Positions 39,399-50,255 of a DNA stretch of 64,000 nt are shown here, one piece after another. The notes below the pieces were generated by a model. The model had not been told where the DNA came from, did no database searches, and saw only the letters and a list, made by a program, of their open reading frames with translations. Each line of letters begins with the position of its first letter. The stretch's first letter is position 1. This DNA is from Promethearchaeia archaeon (GTDB taxonomy: Archaea; Asgardarchaeota; Lokiarchaeia; Sigyniarchaeales; SOKP01), in contig JAHQWL010000093.1 of the NCBI GenBank assembly GCA_029856155.1, positions 19,834 to 83,833 of the forward strand, in the 5' to 3' direction. A program made the position numbers and the translations under genes.

Positions 39399-40949
39399 AT
39401 GAATCTAAGAGAATTAGTTAAAACTCAAGCAGAAAAGTATAAGGATAAACCTTTTCTATATTGGGATGATATAACAGTCTCCTATGCTCAGTTGGATGAA
39501 TTGACAAATAAGGTAGCGAATTTTTTATACGATTTAGGTATAAGAAAAGGAGATAAAGTAAGTGTTTATTTGCCAAATATGCCTCAATTCGTGTATTTAT
39601 ATTTAGGGATTCCTAAGATAGGAGCAATTACTGGACCTGTAAATGCGTTATTTAAACCTAGAGAAGTTAAATTCGTAGTTGGTCATTCAGAAGCTAAAGC
39701 CATAGTAACTATTCCACAATTCTTGGAAATAATCAACCAAATAAAAGGAGAGCTTCCCAATTTAAAACATATAATCGTAATTGGCGAGCCTGTAGAAGGA
39801 ACCTTAAATTTTAACGAATTAATGGAAAAAACATCATCAGATGCACCTCCTGAAGTGGAAATAGATGAAAAAGAAGATCCTGCAGCAATACTTTATACGT
39901 CAGGTACCACTGGTTTTCCTAAAGGTGTATTACAGACCCATTATAATATTAGACGAAATGCTGAAATGATAAAAGATTTCATGGACGCTAAGGAACATTA
40001 TCGATTTATGCTAATTTTACCATTATTCCATGTTAATGCCCAAATAGTTACTATTATGGGTCCACTTACAATAGGAGCGAGTTGTATTTTAACTCGTGGA
40101 TTTTCAGCTAAAACTCATTGGGAAACTGTTGCAAAATACAAAGCATCTACTTTTAGTTGTGTTCCAACAGTACTTTCTGTTTTACTCAAGATGCCACATG
40201 AAAATCTTGATCTATCATCATTAGAATTTGTCATATGTGGAGCGGCTCCTTTACCTGTAGAGGTGTTTAAAGCATTTGAAGAGAAATTTGATTGCAAAGT
40301 AATTGAGGGTTATGGTCTCACAGAAGGTACTTGTGCTTCTTCGGTTAATCCTTTACCAACAGAAACAGAAGACCGACGGAAAATAGGTAGCATCGGTTTA
40401 GCTTTACCAGGTAATGAAATGAAAATTGTGGATAGTCAAGGCAATGATCTTCCACCGAATACAAAAGGTGAAATTGTTATTAGAGGCGATAACATTATGA
40501 AAGAATATTTCAAAAACCCTGAGGCAAACGCTGAAACTCTTAAAGGCGATTGGTTGTATACAGGAGATATTGGCCACATGGATGAGGATGGCTTTTTCTA
40601 CATAACTGATCGCAAAAAAGACATGATAATCCGAGGAGGAGAAAATATATATCCACGTGAAATAGAGGAGGTACTATATTCACATCCAGCAGTTTCTCTG
40701 GGAACAGTTATAGGTGTACGGGATGAAATCTATGGAGAACTTCCTAAAGCATTTATTGTATTGAAAGAAGGTCAATCTGCTACAGAGGAAGAGATTATTG
40801 AATATTGTAAAAAACATCTAGCTGACTTTAAAGTTCCAAAATATGTGGAATTTCGGGACAGTCTGCCTCAAACTCCTACAGGAAAAATAATGAAACAACC
40901 CCTTCGTGAAGAGGAGGAAGCTAAAACTGGTAGAGTCTTTGCTACTTAA
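39399..40949 (+). CDS. Long-chain fatty-acid--CoA ligase
   Basis: YTSGTTGFPKG, EGYGLTE, YTGD, DRKKDMIIRGGEN, GKI. ATG at 39399 follows GAGGA. Confidence 0.92.
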   Translation: MNLRELVKTQAEKYKDKPFLYWDDITVSYAQLDELTNKVANFLYDLGIRKGDKVSVYLPNMPQFVYLYLGIPKIGAITGPVNALFKPREVKFVVGHSEAKAIVTIPQFLEIINQIKGELPNLKHIIVIGEPVEGTLNFNELMEKTSSDAPPEVEIDEKEDPAAILYTSGTTGFPKGVLQTHYNIRRNAEMIKDFMDAKEHYRFMLILPLFHVNAQIVTIMGPLTIGASCILTRGFSAKTHWETVAKYKASTFSCVPTVLSVLLKMPHENLDLSSLEFVICGAAPLPVEVFKAFEEKFDCKVIEGYGLTEGTCASSVNPLPTETEDRRKIGSIGLALPGNEMKIVDSQGNDLPPNTKGEIVIRGDNIMKEYFKNPEANAETLKGDWLYTGDIGHMDEDGFFYITDRKKDMIIRGGENIYPREIEEVLYSHPAVSLGTVIGVRDEIYGELPKAFIVLKEGQSATEEEIIEYCKKHLADFKVPKYVEFRDSLPQTPTGKIMKQPLREEEEAKTGRVFAT

Positions 40950-41108
40950 TTTTTATTAATTTTCCAATTTCATTTTCTTTTTTTATAATGATTTTTCTAA
41001 AATAGCCTCATACTTATTTTTTTTCAAATTTTAAATTTCAAAAGATTTTTTAGATGATACAATCAATATTATAATAATTTCTAATAATATTAAAAGAGAA
41101 AAGTAAAA

Positions 41109-42251
41109 ATGGATAAAGTAGCAATAGTTGGATGTTCTCAAACAAAATATGAAGCAGAAAAAATTGATTTAACAATTTCAGAACTGGTTTTTGAAGTTGT
41201 TAAGAAGCTACATAACGAATTGGGAATTACAAATGATGATGTTGGTTGTGTAATTACCGGTTCTAATGATTTTAATGATGGAAGAACAATAGCAAATATG
41301 GCGATTCAAGATGCGGTTGGGTCAGTTAGAAAAGCAGAATCTCGAGTTTCTGGAGATGGAGCATTTGCTTATGTGTATGGGGCTATGAGGGTTCTTTCTG
41401 GAGAATATGATACTGTTTTGGTTGTTTCACACTCTAAATGTTCAGAAGGTGATCAATATCTTATAAATAATTCAATATTTGATCCATTTTATCAACGACA
41501 TTTAGGTTTAGATCAAATATCTTCTGCTGGTTTAATGGCAAATATGTACATGAGTAAATATGGCATTAATGAAGAACAAGCTGCAGAAGTAGTGGTAAAA
41601 AATCGAAAAAATGCTATTAAAAATCCCTATGCACACCTGCAAAATGAAGTTTCAATTGATGAAGTTTTGAATTCGCCTATGATGGCATATCCCTTAAAAG
41701 AATTAGATTTTCCTCCATATAGTGATGGAGCAGTTGCAATGCTTCTCACTAATGAAGAAAATGCTAGGAAGTTTACTGATACGCCTGTATGGTTAAAAGG
41801 ATATGCTAGTTGTACTGATGCTTATTATCTTGGACATCGAAATATGACTGATTTAATAGGTTTGGAGCTTGCTGCAAAAGAAGCTTTTAAAATGGCTGAA
41901 ATTAATAATCCAATAAAAGAACTAGATGTAGCAGAAGTTTTTGAAGCTTTTTCTGTGCATGAGCTTATGATTTATGAAGCTTTAGGATTCTGTGGAAAAG
42001 GAGAGGGTGGAAAATTTATTGAAAATGGAGAAACGCAAATAGATGGATCAATTCCAGTAAATCCATCCGGAGGAGTATTATCTAGCAATGTTGCAATGGC
42101 TAATGGTTTAATTCGAGTATCAGAGATTGCTTTACAATTAATGGATAAAGCAGAAAGACGGCAAATATCTGATGCAAAAACAGGATTAGCTTATGGAATG
42201 AATGGGATATGCTCACAAGGGAATTGTGTATTAATATTCGGAGGTGAATAA
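41109..42251 (+). CDS. Thiolase-fold protein, Ltp4-like (no catalytic Cys)
   Basis: GSNDFNDGR and ESRVSGDGAFA resemble the Ltp4 pattern; DGAVA, NPSGG. Confidence 0.8.
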   Translation: MDKVAIVGCSQTKYEAEKIDLTISELVFEVVKKLHNELGITNDDVGCVITGSNDFNDGRTIANMAIQDAVGSVRKAESRVSGDGAFAYVYGAMRVLSGEYDTVLVVSHSKCSEGDQYLINNSIFDPFYQRHLGLDQISSAGLMANMYMSKYGINEEQAAEVVVKNRKNAIKNPYAHLQNEVSIDEVLNSPMMAYPLKELDFPPYSDGAVAMLLTNEENARKFTDTPVWLKGYASCTDAYYLGHRNMTDLIGLELAAKEAFKMAEINNPIKELDVAEVFEAFSVHELMIYEALGFCGKGEGGKFIENGETQIDGSIPVNPSGGVLSSNVAMANGLIRVSEIALQLMDKAERRQISDAKTGLAYGMNGICSQGNCVLIFGGE

Positions 42252-42254
42252 AAG

Positions 42255-43427
42255 ATGCCAAAAAATAATGTAGCAATTGTAGGAATAGGGCAAACTAAAT
42301 TTAGAAGTAAAAGAAGAGATGTGAATATTCCTGAAATGATCTATGAAGCTGTTAAAATGGCGCTTGATGATGCTCAAATGGATTATAAAGATATTGATGC
42401 AATTCTCATAGGCAATATGGACCATTTTGAGGGCATAAATTTCTCTGAGATGTGGTGTGGGATTGATGCCGCGCCAGGATATTTAAAGCCTGTGGTAAAA
42501 ATTGCTACAGGTGGAACAACAGGTTCGTCTTTAGGTATTTGTGGATATTATAATATTGCTTCTGGGATATATAAAAATGTATTAATTGTAGGATGGGAAA
42601 AGCTTAATGAGGGCGGTGCTACTACAGGAATAATTACTGCTTTTGATCCAGTATGGGAGCGTCCTTCATTAGCAGGTGCTTTAGGACCCCTCGCTTTAAT
42701 GGCTAATATTTACGCTGCTAAATATGGAATTACATCAGAACAAGCAGCAAAAGTAACTGTTAAAAATAGGAGGAATGCTGCCAATAATCCATTTGCCCAC
42801 ATACAAATGCCTAATATTACTATAGATGATGTGATGAATTCTCAAATGATATCTTATCCATTAAGATTACATGATTGTTGCCCTCAAAGTGAAGGCGCTT
42901 GTGCTGTTATCTATGCTAATGAAGAAGAAACAAAAAAGATTACAGATAATCCTGCTTGGTTTAAAGGAGTTTCAACAGCTCATTACTACACATTTGGTTG
43001 TGATGATTTGATGTTTGATTTACCCACAGCTACTATAGCGTCCAAGAAGATATATAAAAAGGTAGGGATAAAAAATCCAATAAAAGATCTTGACGTTGCT
43101 GAGATATATGAGCCTACATCATGGTCAGAGCTAAGTTGGACTGAAGCCTTGGGGTTTTGTGGCAGAGGAGAAGGAGGTAAGTTATTGGATGAGGGTATAA
43201 CTCAAATGGATGGAGAATTACCGGTTAATCCCTCTGGAGGTGTGTTAAGTACTAATCCTATTGGGGCAACAGCATTAGTGCGATTTGCAGAAGCAGCAAT
43301 TCAAGTTATGGGGAGAGGAGGAAAGCGACAAATCTCTGATGTCGAAACAGCAATGGGAATGGGATTTGGTGGGTCTCTTTGGACTGAATTAGCAATATTA
43401 GGAAGAAATCCAAATCCGTTGAGGTGA
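42255..43427 (+). CDS. Thiolase-fold protein, Ltp3-like (no catalytic Cys)
   Basis: GQTKFRSKRRDV, HFEG, TGGTTGSS, GWEK, AEIYEP, NPSGGVLSTNPIGA. Confidence 0.8.
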   Translation: MPKNNVAIVGIGQTKFRSKRRDVNIPEMIYEAVKMALDDAQMDYKDIDAILIGNMDHFEGINFSEMWCGIDAAPGYLKPVVKIATGGTTGSSLGICGYYNIASGIYKNVLIVGWEKLNEGGATTGIITAFDPVWERPSLAGALGPLALMANIYAAKYGITSEQAAKVTVKNRRNAANNPFAHIQMPNITIDDVMNSQMISYPLRLHDCCPQSEGACAVIYANEEETKKITDNPAWFKGVSTAHYYTFGCDDLMFDLPTATIASKKIYKKVGIKNPIKDLDVAEIYEPTSWSELSWTEALGFCGRGEGGKLLDEGITQMDGELPVNPSGGVLSTNPIGATALVRFAEAAIQVMGRGGKRQISDVETAMGMGFGGSLWTELAILGRNPNPLR

Positions 43428-43432
43428 TAGAA

Positions 43433-43909
43433 ATGGGAAAAAAAGAAAAGGAATTTCAGATTAAATGGAAAACAGATTTACCTTATAGGTATTCCATAGG
43501 AAAGTTAGCTGTCAAATATTTTGAAGAACTTAAAAATAAGAAGATTATGGGTTCTAAGTGCCCAAAATGTGGTAAAAGATTTATGCCTCCCAGAGCTGTA
43601 TGCGCTGATTGTCTTGTAGAAATGACTTTGGAAGACATGATAGAACTTTCTCCAAAAGGTACTTTAGAGGGATTTACAGTGGTCAATTATCCGTTTGTTG
43701 ACCCTAATACAGGAGGTATGCGTCCATTCCCTTATGGATATGGAATTTTCAAATTAGATGGAGCTGATACGTATATGATGCATTTTGTTAATGAAACTGA
43801 CCACACTAAATTTAAAATTGGACAAAGAGTTGAAGCAGTGTTCAAAGAGAAAACAGAAGGAGATATTTATGATATCCCATATTTCAAACTTATAAGGGAG
43901 GAGGAATAA
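43433..43909 (+). CDS. DUF35 (Zn-ribbon/OB-fold) protein
   Basis: CPKC...PPR..CADC plus OB fold; ATG at 43433 follows GAGGTGA. Confidence 0.9.
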   Translation: MGKKEKEFQIKWKTDLPYRYSIGKLAVKYFEELKNKKIMGSKCPKCGKRFMPPRAVCADCLVEMTLEDMIELSPKGTLEGFTVVNYPFVDPNTGGMRPFPYGYGIFKLDGADTYMMHFVNETDHTKFKIGQRVEAVFKEKTEGDIYDIPYFKLIREEE

Positions 43910-44373
43910 TGGAGGGAGAGAAAATGAATGAGGAATTAGAAAAGAAAGTATTTAGAGGAAGAATTAAAGTACCTTATAAACATACAGCTGGAGCTTATGT
44001 TGAAAAGTTCATAACTGAAATCGGAAAAAATAACAAAATAATGGGCGTAAGATGTCCTAAATGTGGAAAAGTGTTTGTACCTCCAAAAATGATCTGCTTT
44101 AAATGCTTCGAGAAGATGGAAGAATGGGTAGAGGTTGGAAATCAAGGAACAGTTAAAGGTTTCACTGTTATTTCACATTCAACTCCAGTTTTACCTTTAA
44201 AACCTCCTTTTGCTTATGCAATAATCACACTCGATGGATCAGATACCGATTTCATACATATCATTAAGGAGAGTGATCCACAAAAATTAAAAGTCGGTAT
44301 ACGAGTTGAAGCTGTTTTTAAAGAGAAACCAAGGAAAAGAATATTGGATATTGAATACTTTAAACCGATTTGA
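43909..44373 (+). CDS. DUF35 (Zn-ribbon/OB-fold) protein
   Basis: CPKC...PPK..CFKC plus OB fold; 1-nt overlap with the previous gene (alternative start 43924). Confidence 0.9.
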   Translation: MEGEKMNEELEKKVFRGRIKVPYKHTAGAYVEKFITEIGKNNKIMGVRCPKCGKVFVPPKMICFKCFEKMEEWVEVGNQGTVKGFTVISHSTPVLPLKPPFAYAIITLDGSDTDFIHIIKESDPQKLKVGIRVEAVFKEKPRKRILDIEYFKPI

Positions 44374-44465
44374 AATTAAGAAGATAAATATTTTCTTTTT
44401 TTTTATTAATTCTGCTAATATTTAGTAATTTTGTATCAGAATTTCTTGATATGAATTATTCAATT

Positions 44466-45074
44466 TCACTCTGGAAATCCTTTATTTCCTTCTTCTAGTT
44501 GAACACCTATAGAATTTAAAAACATAGATACGAGGTTATATTGTCCTACAGTGAAAATTAAATCCATTAATTTTTTGTTATCATATTTTTCTGATAGTGC
44601 TTTCCAAGTATCGTCATTTATGAAAGCATTAGTATGAAGTTCATCAACTGCGCGAATAAGGGTTCTTTCAAACGCACTCCAACCCTCAGCATCGGGACCC
44701 TTTGTAATTTTTTTAATTTCTTCTTCGGTGAGACCAATATTTTTTGCACTGATTGTATGTTGAGCCCATTCATATTCTGATTGGCAAAGCCAGCCAATTC
44801 TTAGAATTGCAATTTCCATCTCTCGTTTAGGAAGCCTTGATTTATTTAAAATATAACTAAAAAAGGGAAACCAATTCTTTAACAATTTTGGATGTCCAGC
44901 AATTGTTTTAAAAATGTTGATTATTTTGTCATCAGAGAATCTTTTAAAAATATTGTATTCTTGACTTATTGATTTGTGCCATTCACCTTCTAGCGGAGCT
45001 ATATGAGGATTTGTGAGTTTTTTCACCTTTTTAATCGAAGGTGATTCTATTTCTTGATTCAAAGATTTCATCAC
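44466..45074 (-). CDS. Carboxymuconolactone decarboxylase/AhpD-like protein
   Basis: NIFKTIAGHP, REMEIAILR, YEWAQH and VGQYN motifs. Confidence 0.85.
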   Translation of the reverse strand: MMKSLNQEIESPSIKKVKKLTNPHIAPLEGEWHKSISQEYNIFKRFSDDKIINIFKTIAGHPKLLKNWFPFFSYILNKSRLPKREMEIAILRIGWLCQSEYEWAQHTISAKNIGLTEEEIKKITKGPDAEGWSAFERTLIRAVDELHTNAFINDDTWKALSEKYDNKKLMDLIFTVGQYNLVSMFLNSIGVQLEEGNKGFPE

Positions 45075-45274
45075 CTCTTAATTTTTAGATTAATACAATT
45101 TTTAAGAGTTGAGCCTTTTTAAACTTTTTACGATTTAGTCTATTATGAGTTCTAATATTTAGTTTTAATTAATTACTAGAAATAACCTTAACATAATGAA
45201 TAATTAATTCTAAAACAAATTAATGATCATTTAATCAAATAATTTAAGAAGAAAATTAAGAAATAAGGTTATTC

Positions 45275-47287
45275 TTATATATTATTTGCTATTTTGTATG
45301 CTCTGTGGACCGCTTCTAGGACAGTTTCTGGTTTCCTCGCATCGCCAATTTTTTCTACTTTTATATTTTCAATTTGTCTTATTTCTTTATAAAGTGCGTT
45401 ATTTGATTCTACACCAGTAGCATAATATACTAGATCGACATCATTTATAACTTGTTCATTATCAGCAGTATCAAGATAGGATACATATTTATCTCCGATC
45501 TCTTTCACTCTAATACCAGTATGAAATTTAACCCCTAAAGCATCACATTTATCGAGAAGGACCCATTTAGTTGTTTTTCCTAAAGCTGAACCTAACTTGG
45601 GTAATTGCTCCAGTACAGTTACTTTATTCCTTCCATTATGCAGCATGTTTAATGCTATTTCAGGCTCTAAAGCTTTGTAGAAAGTAAGGAAATCAAATGC
45701 CTCAAGACTTAAAGTACCAAATTTTGCTAAATAAATTGCAAGTTCTATTCCTGTTGCACCTCCACCAATTATAACGTTATTTTTTCCAATTGGAGCATCC
45801 TTGCTAAACACTTCGTTTGCCCAATAAACATTTTCTCTATCTATTCCAGGAATTGATGGTTTTATTGGTTTTGACCCTGTTGTTAGAAGAACTACATCTG
45901 GATTGAATTCTTTAACTGTATTAATTGTAACTTCTTGTTCAAGGTGTAAGTGGATTCCATATTTTTGGATCCAATATGAATAATTATCAATCATTCTCTT
46001 AAACTCATTTCTTCCAGGAGGTATCCAAATAATGTTTAATAAACCTCCTATTTTATCATCTTTTTCAAAAATGTGAATATCGTGCCCCCTCATCCCAGCA
46101 ACTCTCGCAGCTTCTAATCCTCCAGGTCCCGCACCAATAACCATTATTTTTTTCTTTTCTTTTAAAGGTTTTAATTCTGTCTTGGCTTCTCTACCGGCTC
46201 GTGCGTTTCTTAAACATGAAACTGGTGTCATTTTAAATATCGCATCAAAACATCCTTGATTACAGCCAATACAAGTCATAATATCTCTTAATTCACCTTT
46301 TTTAGCTTTTATTGGTAAATATGGATCAGCTATTAATGTTCTACCCATACAAACAGCATCTGCTTTTCTAGCCATCAAAATTTTTTCTGCTAATTCAGGG
46401 TTGTTAATCCTATTAGAAGCTAAAACTGGGATAGACACTTGATTCTTAACATTTTCAGCTAAATATGTATAGCACCCTTCTGGAACGTCCATAGTTGTTT
46501 GAGGTGTTTTGGTTTCATGCCAACCTCCAGTGACATTGAAATAATCCAAATATTTGCCTAATTTTTCAGCTATAACGGCTTTTTCTTTATAAGTATTACT
46601 ATCTGGAACAAAATCGTCACCAGAAATACGATATCCAATTACATAATCATCCACACTTGATCTCATTAATTCAATTGTTTCAATGGGAAATCTTAAACGA
46701 TTTTCGAGATTACCACCATATTTATCAGTTCTTATATTTGTCTTTGGAGATGTAAATTGACTAAACAAATAACCAGCATTAGCGCATATCTCTACAGCAT
46801 CAAATCCTGCTTTTTTTGCTCGTACTGTGGCATCAGCAAAAGCTTGCTGCTCTGTTTTAATATCTTCAAGAGTCATCTCTCTTGGTGTAGTTTTACTAAA
46901 ATTACTATAGACAGCAGAAGGAGCTATGGGTGCTTTCCCAATTATTTGGGGGTAGGTATAAGCTCCACTATGATATAATTGGCAAACTACTTTTACATCA
47001 TCTCTAGCTTTATGTATAGCTTCAGTAAATTCTGTTAATTTTGGGAGATATTCATCACTTTCAATTGAAATCATCATAGGAACCCCTTTTCCATAAAGAT
47101 CTACATAACATCCTCCAATAATTAACATTCCAGCTCCACCTTTTGCCCTTTCAACATAAAAATCAATTAGTTCCTTGGTGATAAATCCATTATTTGCAAG
47201 GTTAAGATTCAAAGCAGGCATAATGATACGGTTTGAGACCGTCATATTCCTTATTTTAAAGGGTGTGAATAATTTAAAGAACTTCAC
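45275..47287 (-). CDS. fadH: 2,4-dienoyl-CoA reductase (FMN/4Fe-4S/FAD, old-yellow-enzyme family)
   Basis: RAKGGAG, GYLFSQF, RTDKYGG, GWHE, CIGCNQGC...C iron-sulfur motif, IGAGPGG, LGKTTKW. Confidence 0.88.
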   Translation of the reverse strand: MKFFKLFTPFKIRNMTVSNRIIMPALNLNLANNGFITKELIDFYVERAKGGAGMLIIGGCYVDLYGKGVPMMISIESDEYLPKLTEFTEAIHKARDDVKVVCQLYHSGAYTYPQIIGKAPIAPSAVYSNFSKTTPREMTLEDIKTEQQAFADATVRAKKAGFDAVEICANAGYLFSQFTSPKTNIRTDKYGGNLENRLRFPIETIELMRSSVDDYVIGYRISGDDFVPDSNTYKEKAVIAEKLGKYLDYFNVTGGWHETKTPQTTMDVPEGCYTYLAENVKNQVSIPVLASNRINNPELAEKILMARKADAVCMGRTLIADPYLPIKAKKGELRDIMTCIGCNQGCFDAIFKMTPVSCLRNARAGREAKTELKPLKEKKKIMVIGAGPGGLEAARVAGMRGHDIHIFEKDDKIGGLLNIIWIPPGRNEFKRMIDNYSYWIQKYGIHLHLEQEVTINTVKEFNPDVVLLTTGSKPIKPSIPGIDRENVYWANEVFSKDAPIGKNNVIIGGGATGIELAIYLAKFGTLSLEAFDFLTFYKALEPEIALNMLHNGRNKVTVLEQLPKLGSALGKTTKWVLLDKCDALGVKFHTGIRVKEIGDKYVSYLDTADNEQVINDVDLVYYATGVESNNALYKEIRQIENIKVEKIGDARKPETVLEAVHRAYKIANNI

Positions 47288-47521
47288 TTTTAATCCTCAA
47301 CATAATATAATTTTAAATAAGAATAACATGGTAATTTATTAAAATTTAATTAGAATAAAAAAAAAGAGGGCTAATAATTATACGTTTTAGTAAAGATTAT
47401 AGCATTTTGAATTAATTAACGAAAATTTATGGCATATTTTTAATTAAAGAGTGAAATAAATAGTTTTTTTATCAAAATAAAATTATAATACTCAAAAATT
47501 AAATTTCGGAGCAAAATAAAG

Positions 47522-48346
47522 ATGAATGAAAACGCTGTATTAATAGAGGAAAATGAAGATAAAACTATTACAACTATAAAATTGAATCGTTTAGAAAAAA
47601 AAAATGCCATGAATTATGATTTAATGGTCGGACTTCAAAATGCAATTGATAAAGTTGAACGAACTGAGGCTAGGGTTGTAATCATAACTGGAGGAGATGA
47701 ATTTTTTAGCTCAGGTATCGATTTAAACTTTTTAACCGGCCAGGAAAAAGATCCTGAAGGTGTCATTCCTGATTTAAGGATACCACGAAATTTTAGATAT
47801 TTTGCAAATACTTGGATCCATCCTATTTTTACTAAAATTGAAAAGATGGAAAAACTTGTGATTGCAAAAATAAACGGTTATTGCTATGGAATGGCATTTG
47901 AGTTAGCTTTAGCATGTGATTTTCGATTTTGTACAGAATCAGCTGAATTCCATATGCTCGAATCTAAGATAGGTATGAATCCAGACGTTGGAGGTACTAT
48001 CAGGTTAACAAGACTTGTAGGTATCCCAAACACGAAAGATATCATATTAACTGGACGTCAATTTGATGGTAATGAAGCTTATAGACTTGGAGTTGTAAAT
48101 CGGGTTGCAAAAGATCATATGGAATTAGATTCAATTATTAAAAAATATACCGATGAACTTATGACCAGTGGTCCTTTAGCAGTAGGACTTGCAAAAAAGT
48201 TGATAGATGATTGTTACGGTAAGGATACTGCTTTTGGATTAGAGCTTGAAACATTAGTAAGTTCCCAATTACTGCAAACTAAAGATGCCGTGAATGCTGC
48301 ACTCGCTCGTTTAACAAAAACAAAACCAAAATGGCGCTGGAAATAA
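47522..48346 (+). CDS. Enoyl-CoA hydratase/isomerase (both catalytic Glu present)
   Basis: KKNA, FSSGIDL, GMAFELALACD, MLESKIGMNPDVGG. Confidence 0.9.
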   Translation: MNENAVLIEENEDKTITTIKLNRLEKKNAMNYDLMVGLQNAIDKVERTEARVVIITGGDEFFSSGIDLNFLTGQEKDPEGVIPDLRIPRNFRYFANTWIHPIFTKIEKMEKLVIAKINGYCYGMAFELALACDFRFCTESAEFHMLESKIGMNPDVGGTIRLTRLVGIPNTKDIILTGRQFDGNEAYRLGVVNRVAKDHMELDSIIKKYTDELMTSGPLAVGLAKKLIDDCYGKDTAFGLELETLVSSQLLQTKDAVNAALARLTKTKPKWRWK

Positions 48347-48354
48347 TTATTTTT

Positions 48355-50220
48355 TTAATTTTTTTTATTTATCCAAAGTTCTTCCAAGCCTAGTTTTTTT
48401 AATTGATCTTGATTAAGTTTTCCTGTTTCAAGATTCCATTGTCTATATTTATAATATTCTATTTTTAATTGTTGAAAGTTAGGTGATTTTCCAGCGCATT
48501 CTGTTCCATCTAATGGATTGAGTAGGATTTTTGGTAATCGATCATCTTTAGGAGAAATCCCCATTTTTAGATTAAATAATCTTTTTATCATGAAAATTCT
48601 CTCGCCATAATTTTTAAGTTTTCCAATATCACAATTTAATCCTATAACTGTTTGTACTAATTTAGCAATTATTGATGGTTTTGGATTCGCGAATACACAC
48701 ATAATTAATGAACTATAAAGTGCACGATAATCTTGAGCTCTAGCACTCATTATGGCCATTTCTGAATCATCTTTAAATTTATCAATAGTTTCTATTCCGA
48801 ATTCTTCAAGAGGAGTTCCTAATAAAATTGTATACATATCACAAGAATTATGACAAGGTCCTCTAGGAGCAGCTATTGCATATGCTATTGCCATTCCGAA
48901 ATTAGATCTTAGATCATGATATGGAACTTCCATTCCATATACTGTTGCTATCTCATCTCGATTTATATTAAATTCTTTCCCTATTGCATCAGATCCCTCA
49001 GCTAATAAACCTCCTATTCTTTCTCTTTTTGATATTTTATCAATCATTTCTAAAGCAGGGTTAATGTCACCCCACTTAGGGTCCAACCCATCGATTTGCT
49101 CAGAACGGATTTTACCCGAATCATATAGATAATATATAAAGGCAATTAGACTACTACAACTAATTGTATCAATTCCATAATCGTTGCATAATACATTTGC
49201 TTTTACAATTGATTCAATATTATCATTTAAAATCATGGAGCCAAAACCAGCGAGAGTTTCGTATTCTGGAGCTTCAACCTCTCCATCGGTTATATATTTT
49301 CCTGTTTTCACAACTGCTTTTTTTGCACACCCAATAGGGCATGAAAAGCATGGATACTTCCGTGTAACAGTTTTCTCTAAAGCCGTCATTCCAGAAATAT
49401 TATAAGCACCTTCCCATTCCTCCCCTAAAGTCCAATATTTTTTAGGTATTTCTCCTGTTGAGTTCCATAAGTCTATACCTGCGGATGTACCAATATCACG
49501 GTACATTTTAGTTGTAAAAGCTTGATTTACATCTTCAAGAGTTTTTTGGACTATTTCTTTGAACGTTTCTGGATCTGATGCTTCGAACTTCCTCTTTTTA
49601 CCTCGAACTGTGATAGCTTTTAATTTTTTTGATCCCATAACAGCGCCCATTCCTGTTCTTCCAGCAGCTTTTTCTTCAGAAGCTATTATAGCATATTTAA
49701 CTAGATTTTCACCTGCTTGACCTATACAAGCTATCCTTGTCAAATTTGAACCCGCTTGTTCCTTTAAAATTTTTGAAGTTTCTAATATCCCTTTTCCCCA
49801 TAGAAATGTTGCATCCTTAATATTAATGTCATCTTCCGTAATTTCAAGATAAACAGGATTTTTTGAAGCACCTTTGATAATAATACCATCATACCCTGCT
49901 TTCTTAAGCTCTGGACCAAAATATCCGCCACAGTTGGATTCTCCCCAAATTCCGGTATAAGGAGATTTCGCACATATAACAAATCTTCCACTTGTTGGAA
50001 TAGTTGAGCTACAGAATGGGCCCGTCATAAACATTAAAATATTTTCTGGAGATAAAGGATCTGTATCTTTTTCGATATAATCATAAAGATACCTGCAACA
50101 ATATCCAGCACCTCCAAGAAAGTCTTTTGCGATTTCCTCATTAATCAAATCTTCAGAAATTCCTTGGTTAGACAAATTAACTATTAACAATTTGCCTGCA
50201 AACCCTTTCAGAGTTCCCAT
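48355..50220 (-). CDS. aor: Aldehyde:ferredoxin oxidoreductase (tungsten/molybdenum pterin family)
   Basis: KSPYTG, AGRTGMGAVMGSKKLKAI, CFSCPIGC, PEYET, DYGIDTIS, GERI, DDRLP. Confidence 0.92.
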   Translation of the reverse strand: MGTLKGFAGKLLIVNLSNQGISEDLINEEIAKDFLGGAGYCCRYLYDYIEKDTDPLSPENILMFMTGPFCSSTIPTSGRFVICAKSPYTGIWGESNCGGYFGPELKKAGYDGIIIKGASKNPVYLEITEDDINIKDATFLWGKGILETSKILKEQAGSNLTRIACIGQAGENLVKYAIIASEEKAAGRTGMGAVMGSKKLKAITVRGKKRKFEASDPETFKEIVQKTLEDVNQAFTTKMYRDIGTSAGIDLWNSTGEIPKKYWTLGEEWEGAYNISGMTALEKTVTRKYPCFSCPIGCAKKAVVKTGKYITDGEVEAPEYETLAGFGSMILNDNIESIVKANVLCNDYGIDTISCSSLIAFIYYLYDSGKIRSEQIDGLDPKWGDINPALEMIDKISKRERIGGLLAEGSDAIGKEFNINRDEIATVYGMEVPYHDLRSNFGMAIAYAIAAPRGPCHNSCDMYTILLGTPLEEFGIETIDKFKDDSEMAIMSARAQDYRALYSSLIMCVFANPKPSIIAKLVQTVIGLNCDIGKLKNYGERIFMIKRLFNLKMGISPKDDRLPKILLNPLDGTECAGKSPNFQQLKIEYYKYRQWNLETGKLNQDQLKKLGLEELWINKKN

Positions 50221-50255
50221 AATATAATTCCCCTTCTTAAATTAAAGTAATTGTT

